Shown piece after piece: positions 45,940 through 55,869 of a stretch of 64,000 nucleotides of DNA. A model generated the notes under the pieces. That model was not told where the DNA came from, ran no database searches, and worked only from the letters and a program-made list of their open reading frames with translations. The translations under genes and the position numbers were made by a program. Each line of letters begins with the position of its first letter. The first letter of the stretch is position 1. The stretch is from Bacillota bacterium (GTDB taxonomy: Bacteria; Bacillota; Dethiobacteria; DTU022): assembly GCA_030611385.1 (NCBI GenBank), contig JAUWPV010000004.1, positions 31,295-95,294 on the forward strand, read 5' to 3'.

Positions 45940-46122
45940 TTGCCCCTTTATGAATTCTACTGTTCCAAGTGCAAAAATAAAACTGAGGAACTGTGCAGCA
46001 GCGCTGTACAAAGTGTACGCTGCCCATCTTGTGGAAAAGATACTGAAAAAGTGTTGTCTCTTTTTCGGACAGGCAGAAGTTCTACAGGAGGCGGAGCCGC
46101 CTCCTCAAATTGCGGAGGGTGA
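45940..46122 (+). CDS. FmdB-family zinc-ribbon protein
   Basis: The sequence (M)PLYEFYCSKCKNKTEEL...VRCPSCG carries two CxxC pairs. A TTG start lies 8 nt after GGAGG. Confidence 0.7.
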   Translation: MPLYEFYCSKCKNKTEELCSSAVQSVRCPSCGKDTEKVLSLFRTGRSSTGGGAASSNCGG

Positions 46123-46198
46123 ACAAAAACCAACTGCAGCAGTTGCTGAACCGCTTTAATCAGTAAGAATCAAAACAAAGAGCAGCAGGGAGGCGCTT

Positions 46199-47809
46199 AT
46201 GACCAAGTATATTTTTATTACGGGTGGCGTAGTATCATCTCTGGGTAAAGGAATAACAGCTGCTTCTCTGGGATGTTTGCTGAAAAACAGAGGTTTAAAA
46301 CTTATCATTCAAAAGTTTGATCCTTATATTAACTATGATCCCGGCACGATGAGCCCCTACCAGCACGGTGAGGTATTCGTTACCGAAGATGGGGCGGAAA
46401 CAGATCTTGATTTAGGCCACTATGAGCGTTTTACTGATGAACATCTTACCCGAGACAATAATGTTACCGCGGGCAAAATATACTGGTCGGTAATTGAGGC
46501 TGAAAGAAAAGGTCTCTACCAGGGCAATACTGTTCAGGTAATTCCCCATATCACCGATGAAATAAAAAAATGTGTGATGAAGCCTGATCGCAACCGTGAT
46601 CTTGATGTGGTGATTACTGAGATAGGCGGTACAGTCGGTGATATTGAAAGCCTGCCTTTTTTGGAAGCTATTCGCCAGGTCAGGTATGAAATTGGCTGGG
46701 AGAATGTCGTATTCATTCATGTTACTCTTGTGCCGTATCTGCCGATGTCCGGTGAACTAAAAACAAAACCAACCCAGCACAGTGTCAAGGAGCTGCGCAG
46801 TATCGGTATCCAACCGGATATAATTGTCTGCCGAACGGAGCATCCCCTCGGCGATGATTTAAGAAAAAAAGTAGCTCTATTTTGCAATATCCAACCTCAT
46901 GAAGTTGTCGAAAACATAGATACAAAAATAATATATGAAGTTCCCCTGCTGTTGCAGAAACAGTATTTGGACCAGATGGTCCTGGAAAAGTTAAACATGA
47001 CTTGTCAACCGGCGCAGATGGAGAAGTGGAGCGCCATGGTTCAGCAGGCTTATAATTTAAAGGATCAGGTCACCATAGCCCTGGTCGGTAAATATGTTGC
47101 TCTGCGCGACGCTTATATCAGTATCAATGAAGCGCTTTTTCATGCCGGGCTCGCCCATAATGTCGATGTTGAAATCGTTCTCATACCGGCTGAAGATATT
47201 GAATCAGGAGACGCGAACGATATATTAGACGGAGTTGACGGCATTCTGGTTCCCGGTGGTTTTGGTGAGCGCGGAATCGAGGGTAAAATAAAGGCGATAC
47301 GCACTGCCCGAGAGAACAAAATTCCTTTCCTCGGACTGTGTCTCGGGATGCAATGCGCGGTTATTGAATTTGCCAGAAACGCTGCCGGAATAGACGGCGC
47401 TCATAGCACCGAGTTTAATCCAGAAACACCCGGACCGGTAATCGTTTATTTACCAGGTCAGGAGGAGAATACCAAAATTGGCGGTACCCTTCGTCTGGGT
47501 AGTTATCCCTGTTCAATAAAGAAAGGCTCATTGGCTGAAGCAGCTTACCAGGAAAAACTGGTCAGTGAGCGGCACCGGCACCGCTATGAATTTAACAATG
47601 AGTACATTCCGATATTGGAAAAAGCGGGTATGATTTTCAGCGGCGTAAATGAAGATGATAATTTGATCGAAATGATTGAGCTTAAAGATCACCCTTGGTT
47701 TGTGGCGGTTCAATTTCACCCCGAGTTCAAGTCGCGGCCAACCCGCTCACATCCCCTGTTCAAAGGCTTTATTGGCGCTGCCATTAAAAAGAAATTTGGT
47801 CGGGATTAG
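46199..47809 (+). CDS. pyrG: CTP synthase
   Basis: The N-terminus reads [18 protein letters not shown]. The GATase motif reads GLCLGMQ, followed by QFHPEF. Confidence 0.95.
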   Translation: MTKYIFITGGVVSSLGKGITAASLGCLLKNRGLKLIIQKFDPYINYDPGTMSPYQHGEVFVTEDGAETDLDLGHYERFTDEHLTRDNNVTAGKIYWSVIEAERKGLYQGNTVQVIPHITDEIKKCVMKPDRNRDLDVVITEIGGTVGDIESLPFLEAIRQVRYEIGWENVVFIHVTLVPYLPMSGELKTKPTQHSVKELRSIGIQPDIIVCRTEHPLGDDLRKKVALFCNIQPHEVVENIDTKIIYEVPLLLQKQYLDQMVLEKLNMTCQPAQMEKWSAMVQQAYNLKDQVTIALVGKYVALRDAYISINEALFHAGLAHNVDVEIVLIPAEDIESGDANDILDGVDGILVPGGFGERGIEGKIKAIRTARENKIPFLGLCLGMQCAVIEFARNAAGIDGAHSTEFNPETPGPVIVYLPGQEENTKIGGTLRLGSYPCSIKKGSLAEAAYQEKLVSERHRHRYEFNNEYIPILEKAGMIFSGVNEDDNLIEMIELKDHPWFVAVQFHPEFKSRPTRSHPLFKGFIGAAIKKKFGRD

Positions 47810-48350
47810 CAATAACTCGGTAGGCCATTTCGATTATACTTACCCGGTGTTCCATACTTGTTTTCTGTAAATAGCGATAAGCGCTATCTTCATCAATTGC
47901 CATATTATTCATTAATATGGCTTTCGCTTTTTCGATCTCTTCGCGTCTGCTCAGTTTTTTCTCTAAACCCTTAATCTTCTGTTGCAACTTTTTCTTATGG
48001 GAAAATTCAAGGCAAAGCGCTTCCGCAACGGCAATCAGGACCAGTTCTTCCACCGGCCACTGTAACAGCATATAGCCGTTTAAATTTATGCTCCCGGTGC
48101 TAATATATAATATGGCAGAAAGGCCGTCTTCTTCGATGATCGAAGCCAGCTGTTTTATATTGCCTGGAGGAAGCTGTGTATCGATTATCGCCAGCCATGG
48201 TTGGATCAATCGAAGCATACGTAAAAATTCCGGAATATTTTTTCCTTCTCCGGAAGAATAAAAGCCTCGCTCAGTCAACATCGCGGTCACGGCTTTTTTA
48301 AAACCGGGATTAGCCGTGCCTATGCAGTAATCATAGCGGTTATCAACCAT
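47784..48350 (-). CDS. ANTAR-domain RNA-binding regulator with receiver-like N-terminal domain
   Basis: The C-terminal part reads [43 protein letters not shown]. Its 3' end overlaps the pyrG 3' end by 26 nt in convergent orientation. Confidence 0.75.
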   Translation of the reverse strand: MVDNRYDYCIGTANPGFKKAVTAMLTERGFYSSGEGKNIPEFLRMLRLIQPWLAIIDTQLPPGNIKQLASIIEEDGLSAILYISTGSINLNGYMLLQWPVEELVLIAVAEALCLEFSHKKKLQQKIKGLEKKLSRREEIEKAKAILMNNMAIDEDSAYRYLQKTSMEHRVSIIEMAYRVIANPDQISF

Positions 48351-48570
48351 AAGCTAACCTTCTCTTGTTGTGACCATTACAGCGAAAGATACCGAGTAAG
48401 CAGTGGCCATGGGACGGTTCGAGCGTCACCGAAGGTCCGTCAGGGAAGACGATGGAACCATCCCCATGGCAAAGTGTTTCTAAATAAACCAGTTATGTTT
48501 CGCTGTAGTGTTACTTGTTTTCTATTATACTATTTCTTTAACTGGCAATTGACAAGGTTAGCTCTCATCA

Positions 48571-48598
48571 TAAAAAAATAAGAGCGCTTATGCGCTCC
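48571..48598 (-). terminator. glnA terminator
   Basis: On the minus strand, GAGCGC(ataa)GCGCTC is followed by TTATTTTTTTA. Confidence 0.7.
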
Positions 48599-48621
48599 TA
48601 TTTAATGGTTATCCTGATAAT

Positions 48622-49950
48622 CTAAAAGCGAGGCAGATAATGTTTAACTTCCCAATCGTGGACCTGGATCCGGTAATCGAGCCATTCTTTGATGCGGCCT
48701 TCCCGGAAGCGGTTATAGATATGCTCTCCGAGAGCTTCCCGGATCAGCGGACTTCCATCCAGTTCCATCACGGCATCGTAAAGGTTTTCTGGCAATCGGT
48801 CTATACCATAAGCATTTTTCTCTTCCTCGGTCATGGCATAGATGTTTAGATTAACCGGTTTGGGCGGATCAATTTTGTTATGTATGCCATCCAACCCGGC
48901 ACGAAGCATCACGGCAAATGCCAGATAAGGGTTACACGATGGGTCCGGGCTGCGCAGTTCAACCCTTGTGCCGATACCTCGTCTTGCCGGTACCCGCACC
49001 AGTGGGCTGCGGTTGCGGTAAGACCAGGCAATATATACCGGTGCTTCATAACCCGGTACCAGTCTTTTGTAGGAATTCACAAGCGGGTTGGTTACAGCAG
49101 TATAACTTTTGGCATGTTTCAAAAGCCCACCAATAAAATAGAGCATCTCCTGGCTCATCTCTTCAGGAGCGTTGGGGTCATAAAAAATATTATTCCCGTT
49201 TTCAAAAATTGAAAGGTGGGTGTGCATACCGGAACCATTAATCATAACGATTGGTTTGGGCATAAAGGTAGCATAAAGTCCATGTCGCTGAGCTATCGTT
49301 CGGACAACAAAGCGGAAGGTAGAAAGGCTGTCGGCAGTAGTCAGGGCGTCACTATATTTAAAGTCTATTTCATGTTGGCCGGGAGCAACCTCATGGTGCG
49401 ACGCTTCGATTTCGAGACCCATCTCCTCCAGGCTGAGAACCATATCCCTGCGAGCATTTTCACCCAGGTCAGTGGGGGCAAGATCGAAGTATCCGCCCTG
49501 GTCATGAGTGTGCAGGGTAGGAGCGCCGTTTTCATCAGTATGAAACATAAAGAATTCTGCCTCGGGCCCACAGTTCATGGTGTAGCGATCTTTTTTTGCC
49601 AGTGCAATCATTCGTTTCAATTGGCTGCGGGGGCAACCTTCAAAGGGAGTACCGTCCGGATTGTATACATCACACATCAGCCGGGCAATGCCGCCTTCAC
49701 GGGGGTGCCAGGGGAAAATGGAAAATGTGTCGGGATCGGGACGCAGATACATATCTGATTCTTCGATACGCACAAATCCTTCGATTGACGACCCATCAAA
49801 CATGATCTCTCCGTCAAGGGCTTTATGCAGTTGGCTAGTTGTAATGGCCACATTTTTAAGCTGTCCGGCCAGATCAGTAAACTGCATATGAATGAACCTG
49901 ACCCCCGATTCTTTTACCTCATGGAGAATATCTTCTTTTGTTTTGCTCAT
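48622..49950 (-). CDS. glnA: Glutamine synthetase type I
   Basis: The sequence is a full-length GS-I ([13 protein letters not shown], the NGSGMHTH variant, [12 protein letters not shown]). ATG 49950 lies 8 nt after AAGGAG. Confidence 0.95.
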   Translation of the reverse strand: MSKTKEDILHEVKESGVRFIHMQFTDLAGQLKNVAITTSQLHKALDGEIMFDGSSIEGFVRIEESDMYLRPDPDTFSIFPWHPREGGIARLMCDVYNPDGTPFEGCPRSQLKRMIALAKKDRYTMNCGPEAEFFMFHTDENGAPTLHTHDQGGYFDLAPTDLGENARRDMVLSLEEMGLEIEASHHEVAPGQHEIDFKYSDALTTADSLSTFRFVVRTIAQRHGLYATFMPKPIVMINGSGMHTHLSIFENGNNIFYDPNAPEEMSQEMLYFIGGLLKHAKSYTAVTNPLVNSYKRLVPGYEAPVYIAWSYRNRSPLVRVPARRGIGTRVELRSPDPSCNPYLAFAVMLRAGLDGIHNKIDPPKPVNLNIYAMTEEEKNAYGIDRLPENLYDAVMELDGSPLIREALGEHIYNRFREGRIKEWLDYRIQVHDWEVKHYLPRF

Positions 49951-49974
49951 ACTGGTCACTCCTTCGTTATTTGA

Positions 49975-50025
49975 TTGAAAATAAGAAACGCCCGCCAGGC
50001 AGCTGTTCTGCTGTTCCTGCGGGCG
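49975..50025 (-). terminator. Long terminator/attenuator hairpin immediately upstream of the glnA RBS
   Basis: On the minus strand, CGCCCGCAGG...CAGC(agaaca)GCTG...CCTGGCGGGCG is followed by TTTCTTATTTTC. The T-run ends about 20 nt before the glnA Shine-Dalgarno site. Confidence 0.65.
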
Positions 50026-50056
50026 CCTTTGCCCATAAATTATTTTTTTATAGTAC

Positions 50057-50530
50057 CTATTCCATTATGTTAATATCATACCACACGTCTGAACCATCAC
50101 TCTCGATAATAACAGTTGTGGTGTTTCCGCCGGGACCGGAGGTTTCCGTTGTTGTTGCCGTTTCGGTTGTTTCAGTCGTTTGCTCAGTGGTTGTTTCTTC
50201 TTCAGGCGGGTTAACTTCGGCGGGCTGTACTGCAACACTATCTTGTCCGGAGGTATTCAGAGTTTTTAAGCCTTCAGGCTGATCTTTAAAAAAATCAACG
50301 CCGGCTGCTTGAAGAGTAATACTGGCAAACTTTAAACTACCGGGCAGTCGATCTTTTTCTCCCTGCCGGGCAATGGTTTCAATATTATTTTCGACAACTG
50401 GTTCAGTAAGAGCCTTCGCGCTGCTTCCAAAAAGAGAAGTGGAAAAAAGGAAGGCAATCAGCACTATCAAAATGCCCCACTTTTTGAACACTTTTTTCAT
50501 CTCCCCGTTCAAAAATATTTTTTTACCCAA
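50057..50530 (-). CDS. Hypothetical secreted protein with Thr/Glu-rich C-terminal half
   Basis: A signal-peptide-like N-terminus is present ([25 protein letters not shown]), followed by a [17 protein letters not shown] tract. The start is uncertain. Confidence 0.45.
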   Translation of the reverse strand: MGKKIFLNGEMKKVFKKWGILIVLIAFLFSTSLFGSSAKALTEPVVENNIETIARQGEKDRLPGSLKFASITLQAAGVDFFKDQPEGLKTLNTSGQDSVAVQPAEVNPPEEETTTEQTTETTETATTTETSGPGGNTTTVIIESDGSDVWYDINIME

Positions 50531-50736
50531 TGATCTTCTTAATTATAGCACAACATTCGTCAAAATAGAAAACAGAAAATTATTTTGAAAAGATACCCAA
50601 AATATTGTATGATTAAAGACGATATACGTAATTATCTGCAAAAGGAATGAAGGTGTGCCCTCTGGCTTGGCGAAGGAAACCGAAAGGCGAAACTCACGGT
50701 GCGGTAAATGGTCCCAAAACTTTTACAGGAGGCGAT

Positions 50737-51507
50737 TTGCATGTTACGCCTTCAAATCATCAGCATATCGGATCCAGGGAAAATCAGGAGGACTCCTTTG
50801 CCCTATCCGACCTGACGGACAGAAAATTGGTTGCCGAAAGCGGGGTGTTAGCATTAGTAGCCGACGGCATGGGCGGCCTTGCCCTTGGTGAAGAAGCAAG
50901 CCGGGTAGCAGTTCAGGTATTTCTTAGGGAACATCTGCTGCGTGAGTCGGATGAATCGGCTCCACAAAGACTGCATCGTGCGTTGGTGACGGCCAATGCC
51001 GCTGTTTTTGATCGTGCCTATCAAGACGGTGAGGAACTTGAGCTGGGAACAACTATGGTTGCAACGCTTGTCCACAAACGCGAACTGTACTGGATATCAG
51101 TTGGCGATAGTCGCATCTATCATTTAAGAAACAACACTTTAACACAGCTGACCAGAGACCATATCTACAAAAATCAATTAATGGATGATGTCCGCAAAGG
51201 ATTTTTAACAAAAGCGCAGGCGGAAAGCCACCCTGAAGGCGCATACTTAACCAGCTACCTGGGGCTGCTGGCACTGACTGAAATCAATAAGAACAGCGAA
51301 CCCTTACTATTAGAACCCGGAGATTGGATTTTGCTTTGCAGCGACGGTTTGTACAACTCCCTGACAGACGAGGAAATCAAACTGTTCTTAAAAAATACTG
51401 AACAAACCAGCGCTGAAAATCTGGTTAAAAGAGCACTTGCCAAGAATTTAAAACACCAGGATAATATTACAGTGGTTTTACTTTCCTGCAACTCTGTGGG
51501 TAAATAA
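50737..51507 (+). CDS. PP2C-family Ser/Thr phosphatase 1
   Basis: PP2C motifs are present: GSRENQEDSF, ADGMGG, VGDSRIY, CSDGLY and QDNITVV. The ORF opens at 50647. The TTG 50737 start is inferred from the typical PP2C N-terminal length. Confidence 0.8.
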   Translation: MHVTPSNHQHIGSRENQEDSFALSDLTDRKLVAESGVLALVADGMGGLALGEEASRVAVQVFLREHLLRESDESAPQRLHRALVTANAAVFDRAYQDGEELELGTTMVATLVHKRELYWISVGDSRIYHLRNNTLTQLTRDHIYKNQLMDDVRKGFLTKAQAESHPEGAYLTSYLGLLALTEINKNSEPLLLEPGDWILLCSDGLYNSLTDEEIKLFLKNTEQTSAENLVKRALAKNLKHQDNITVVLLSCNSVGK

Positions 51508-51530
51508 TAATGCGAAAGGGATGATCGGTG

Positions 51531-53093
51531 ATGAAAAAAAACTTAATTAGTTTTCGTGTAATCTTAGGTTTAATGGTTTTTCTCTTTATTATGATTACCT
51601 GTAGCGGATCTGTATTCGCTCAAACCAGTATTGATGATGTCAGTAAGAGCGTGGTGAGGATACAAGAAACTGGAGGTGGCCGGCTAGTAAATAGAACGGG
51701 ATTTGTTCTGGGCATAGAACCTCCCTTTCAATATGTAGCGACTACTGATGATATAGTCAGTGTGGTAAATCCAGTTTTAAATATCTGGAGGTCAAGAGAC
51801 GACCTATATCCGTGTACAGTTTATTTCAGACTTCAAGCTTCAGGAATTGTCGTCCTCAGGCTTGATCCAGACCATCAATTGCATCCATACGAACCATTAG
51901 CGCTTGGTACAAGTAGCATGATCAGCCAGGGTGACGATATGTTTGCTATCGGCTACCCCCTAAATGTGCTAACAGCCAGGAATACCGATACATCGGTAAC
52001 GAAAAGTGTTTTTAGCAGGCCACGGACAGTCGGGGGCATATTATTCTATCTTATGGCCGAAGGCTCTCTAATCAACAGGGGTATGGAAGGTGGCCCCTTG
52101 GTCAACAAAGATGGTGTTGTTATTGGTATGAATGTTTTTAATGCGGGCGGATCAGGCATATCCGGGGGTTTGGATATAGAAGCCTTGATTGATGCTCTTG
52201 AAGGACGCAACATCGATTTTATTGAAGCTGGGGAAACACCGGTGCAGCCTGGGGAAGCTACTCCTCCACCTCCTGAGCCTAAACCGCTGCCCCAGGTAAC
52301 AAGTCCACAACTGACAGCGGAAGGAATTCTCAGTTGGGATGCGGTTAGTGACGCCCAGAGCTATGAAATAGCGCTTTTCCGCGACGGACAGTTAGTTGAT
52401 TCTGTTCCGTTAGGTGCCGAATATACCAGTTTTAGCATTAGTAACGCTATTGACACTCATGGGCCCGGATCGTACACGGCCCAGGTGAAGGCTATCGGCG
52501 GTGGAGAATTTCTTGACGGCTCCCCATCACCTTCTTCTAATGTCCTTGTTGAAAAGAAAAGCATTTTCGGTATCGACCCCTTGATTCTTGGCATTGGCGG
52601 TGGCGCCTTACTACTGATAGTGCTAGCCGTTGTTTTAATTACTATGAATTCAAAGAAAGCGGCACTAGCTGTTTCTGCCGCAGCAGCTGCACAAAGAGCG
52701 CCGGCCCCTGTCACACAGGCCAAACCTAAACCACCGGTCAGCGCTCCTGTAACTAAAGCAAAGCCCTCTCTGCCCAGAGCGGGTATTAAGGGAATTTCAG
52801 GTCAGTTTGCCGGTCAAACCATCGAACTGGTCGACAACCAGTTAGTAATCGGGCGCGATCCGCGTATGGCCCAGCTGGTCTACCCGCAGTCAAATGAAGA
52901 GATCAGCAGGAAACACGTTACCATTCGCTTTGATGAAAGAACCAACAAGTTCATCCTGGAAGATTCATCTTCCAATGGAACCTTTTTATCTTCCAACCAG
53001 AAATTGGAATCGGGTAAGCCGTATTATCTAAACGCTGGCGACCGTTTTTATATTGCCGATCCCAAGGAAGTTTATGAATTGAAAATGGGGTAA
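51531..53093 (+). CDS. Transmembrane protein: signal peptide, degenerate trypsin-like (S1) domain, beta-sandwich-like domain, TM helix, cytoplasmic FHA domain
   Basis: The fold matches trypsin-2 (SVVRI, GDDMFAIGYPLN, GGPLVNKDGVVIGMN), but the catalytic triad positions read D, G and E. The transmembrane helix is LILGIGGGALLLIVLAVVLITM. The C-terminal FHA domain reads LVIGRD...ISRKHVTI...DSSSNGTFL. Confidence 0.7.
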   Translation: MKKNLISFRVILGLMVFLFIMITCSGSVFAQTSIDDVSKSVVRIQETGGGRLVNRTGFVLGIEPPFQYVATTDDIVSVVNPVLNIWRSRDDLYPCTVYFRLQASGIVVLRLDPDHQLHPYEPLALGTSSMISQGDDMFAIGYPLNVLTARNTDTSVTKSVFSRPRTVGGILFYLMAEGSLINRGMEGGPLVNKDGVVIGMNVFNAGGSGISGGLDIEALIDALEGRNIDFIEAGETPVQPGEATPPPPEPKPLPQVTSPQLTAEGILSWDAVSDAQSYEIALFRDGQLVDSVPLGAEYTSFSISNAIDTHGPGSYTAQVKAIGGGEFLDGSPSPSSNVLVEKKSIFGIDPLILGIGGGALLLIVLAVVLITMNSKKAALAVSAAAAAQRAPAPVTQAKPKPPVSAPVTKAKPSLPRAGIKGISGQFAGQTIELVDNQLVIGRDPRMAQLVYPQSNEEISRKHVTIRFDERTNKFILEDSSSNGTFLSSNQKLESGKPYYLNAGDRFYIADPKEVYELKMG

Positions 53094-53099
53094 ATAAAG

Positions 53100-53828
53100 A
53101 TGATCATACACGCTGCGCTTCTATCGAAAACGGGCGGCAGAAAAGTTAACGAAGACTTTTGCTGCTATGATGAAAAGAGTGGTTTTGGCTGCTATATCTT
53201 GGCGGATGGTCTAGGCGGCCACAAGGGCGGAGCACTGGCTTCGAGGACAATCGGAGAAGCGGTAATAGAGGCTTTTACTGCTTCTCCGGGTTTCTCAGCT
53301 ATAAAGCTTATTGAATATGTAGAATATGCCCGCCGCTCCTTTCTGGCGGCCCGTATAGAAACTCATGAGCATAAAAGCATGAAAGCAACCCTTGTCCTTT
53401 TATTAACCGATGGACATAGTGCCCTCTGGGGGCATATTGGGGACTCTCGTCTCTATTATTTTCACGCAGGCAATTTATTATTTCAGACAAAGGACCATAG
53501 TGTGCCGCAGTTGCTGGCAGACAGCGGCGAAATTAAAGAGGATCAGATTCGTTTTCACGAAGATCGCAACCGCCTGACTGCAGCTTTCGATGGCGAAGAG
53601 TTGGTGCGCTTTACTATTCCGGAAAAACCAGTAGAGTTAAATTCAGGTGATGCTTTTTTGCTTTGTAGCGACGGATTTTGGGAGTATCTGACTGAACCAG
53701 AGATGGTATCCGTTTTGAAGCGGGCCGACAAGTCGGAACAGTGGCTCGCCGAAATGGAAAATATGCTACTGGATCGCGCGGAAACCGGGCACGACAATTA
53801 TTCGGCCCTGGCGGTAATCATTGAATGA
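53100..53828 (+). CDS. PP2C-family Ser/Thr phosphatase 2
   Basis: PP2C motifs are present: GGRKVNEDF, ADGLGGH, IGDSRLYYF, CSDGFWEY and GHDNYS. Confidence 0.85.
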   Translation: MIIHAALLSKTGGRKVNEDFCCYDEKSGFGCYILADGLGGHKGGALASRTIGEAVIEAFTASPGFSAIKLIEYVEYARRSFLAARIETHEHKSMKATLVLLLTDGHSALWGHIGDSRLYYFHAGNLLFQTKDHSVPQLLADSGEIKEDQIRFHEDRNRLTAAFDGEELVRFTIPEKPVELNSGDAFLLCSDGFWEYLTEPEMVSVLKRADKSEQWLAEMENMLLDRAETGHDNYSALAVIIE

Positions 53829-53892
53829 TCCAGCTTGATTGGTTGAGATATTTGGTCTTCTAAAAATATACTGCATTGGAGGGAACCGGACA

Positions 53893-54447
53893 ATGGAGGC
53901 GTTAACGAGGTGCAATAATGGTCATTATTTTGACTCAAAGAAACATTCATCGTGTCCGTTTTGTGGCGTGCAAGACCTTGAGATAAACATTAATAAAACA
54001 ATGGCCAAGAGACCCGGCAAATCTGGATCGCGAGGTGGTGAAGAGGGCAAGACTGTGGGCATCTACAAGAGAAAGCTTGGCATTGACCCGGTTGTCGGCT
54101 GGCTGGTAGCGATAACAGGCCCGGAAAAAGGGCGTGACTTTCGTATAACTGCTGAAAAAAACTTTATCGGTCGGTCGGAAAAAATGGATATTAGGATACC
54201 TGATGACGAGTCGATATCGAGAGATAGCCATGCCGTGGTCAGTTTTAACCCTAAAAATTTGACATTTCGCCTCTTCCCCGGCGAAAGCAAAGGCTTGGCT
54301 TACCTTAATGGAGAAGAAGTGATCGCTCCCGTAGTCCTAAAAGCTTATGATACTATTGAAGTTGGTCAAACCAAGCTGATATATATACCATTATGCAGCG
54401 AAAGCTTTCATTGGGATATGGTTAAAGGAGAAGGCGAGCAGAACTGA
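53893..54447 (+). CDS. Cytoplasmic zinc-ribbon + FHA domain protein
   Basis: The N-terminus carries C..GH...CPFCG. The FHA domain reads NFIGRSEKMDIRI...ISRDSHAVV...GLAYLNG. Confidence 0.75.
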   Translation: MEALTRCNNGHYFDSKKHSSCPFCGVQDLEININKTMAKRPGKSGSRGGEEGKTVGIYKRKLGIDPVVGWLVAITGPEKGRDFRITAEKNFIGRSEKMDIRIPDDESISRDSHAVVSFNPKNLTFRLFPGESKGLAYLNGEEVIAPVVLKAYDTIEVGQTKLIYIPLCSESFHWDMVKGEGEQN

Positions 54448-54506
54448 TTGCGTTAAAAGTTATGACAGGGAGAGAAATGATAAAGAGAATATTTGAGGTG
54501 AAGCAG

Positions 54507-55697
54507 ATGCGAAAGAAACTGTTTTCTTTGCTTACGGTGATTTTATTCATTCTGATATTCCCTGCATCCCTTGTTCTTGCGCAGCTTGTCGTGCCTGTAA
54601 CCGGTGTCACTCTGGATCACGCTAATCTGATTTTGGAGCGCGGAGATGCGGATGTTTTAATAGCTACGGTTCAACCGGTCAAGGTAACAAGTAAGACAGT
54701 AAGTAATGCAACAAATGCAAACATTTTTTGGACATCGAGCGATCCCGGTGTTGTTGATGTGCAATCCAGCGGGCCCTCAACTGCGGCTATAAGTGCGTTA
54801 ACGGCAGGAACAGCTACCATAACAGTAACTACCGTAGATGGTGGCAAAATTGCAACCTGTGTTGTTCAAGTAGTTGTCTCGATGCGCAGTTTAAGTTTGG
54901 ATGTAAATGAAACCACGCTGGCTCCGGGTGATGAACTAATCCTGAATGCCAAAATAATCCCGGCAGATACTACCAACCAGTTGGTTACCTGGCAGTCGAC
55001 AAACCCGGGTATTGCTTCGGTAGTTGAAGTTGACCCGGCCAGAACGGCCGCTCGCAACCCGCAGGGGAAAGTTACCGTCCACAGTGAAGGCGAGACCAGA
55101 ATCATCGTTCGCTCAGTACAGAATAATAGCATAACGGCATTTTGCACAGTTACTGTTTCGTCTTCCGCGCCACCGGTTACCGACACAGATCAACCCCTGC
55201 CTGCTGTTTCCGAACCGGAACAGGTTGATCAGAACGCCCCGGTGATCGATGATCAAACGACGGAAAGATCTGCTATCAGCAGCACTATTTACGTCTTGAT
55301 TGGCCTCGGTGCTGTTTTACTGTTAGCTGTTCCTTTGGTCTATTTGATCAATCGAAACAGGCAGGCCGCATTTATCCCGGCAGCTGGAATTAAAGGTATT
55401 TCCGGCCACTTTGCCGGGCAAACCTTTAAACTGGTTAAAGGAAAGCTAATCTTTGGCCGCGATGCAGTAGAAGCTCAAATCGCTTACCCTCAATCTAACA
55501 GTCAAATTAGCAGGAAGCATTGTACTCTTAGCTACGATCGTGCCGGTAATAGTTTTATACTAATTGATTCATCCACTAACGGTACTTTTCTTTCGACTGG
55601 TGAGAGATTGATATCAGGCAAGCCATATATCTTGAAATCGGGCGATAAATTCTATATGGCTGATCCCAAAGAACTATTTGAAATCAGGCCAGGTTAA
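54507..55697 (+). CDS. Transmembrane protein: signal peptide, two Big_2-like Ig domains, TM helix, cytoplasmic FHA domain
   Basis: Two repeats have Big_2 features (VTGVTL...ATVQP...WTSSDPGVVDV...GTATITVTT, and a second copy). The transmembrane helix is IYVLIGLGAVLLLAVPLVYLI. The C-terminal FHA domain is paralogous to that of 51531-53093. Confidence 0.75.
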   Translation: MRKKLFSLLTVILFILIFPASLVLAQLVVPVTGVTLDHANLILERGDADVLIATVQPVKVTSKTVSNATNANIFWTSSDPGVVDVQSSGPSTAAISALTAGTATITVTTVDGGKIATCVVQVVVSMRSLSLDVNETTLAPGDELILNAKIIPADTTNQLVTWQSTNPGIASVVEVDPARTAARNPQGKVTVHSEGETRIIVRSVQNNSITAFCTVTVSSSAPPVTDTDQPLPAVSEPEQVDQNAPVIDDQTTERSAISSTIYVLIGLGAVLLLAVPLVYLINRNRQAAFIPAAGIKGISGHFAGQTFKLVKGKLIFGRDAVEAQIAYPQSNSQISRKHCTLSYDRAGNSFILIDSSTNGTFLSTGERLISGKPYILKSGDKFYMADPKELFEIRPG

Positions 55698-55869
55698 GGT
55701 GATTAAAATAGAATTAACTTATTTAGGCATGGGCTGAATAGAGGGGGCCATTCCGGATTCACCTTACGGATAGGTTCGCGGTGACTAGACGGCCAGGGTG
55801 GTTGTTTTCAGGCTTAGAAGATATTCTGCGATTGTGTTCTAACGATACTGCTTGAGTGGAGTGATCTAA

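Noticed and set aside
49216-49758. A 180-aa plus-strand ORF, together with several other plus-strand ORFs at 48640-49891.
   Set aside because: All are antisense to a full-length, highly conserved glnA. No start signals are present. They are shadow ORFs.
55698-55869. A 172-nt spacer before the kinase gene, checked for a riboswitch-like fold.
   Set aside because: Only short 4-5 bp complementarities are present. No match was found to any motif I know (ykkC, ZTP, c-di-GMP, preQ1).
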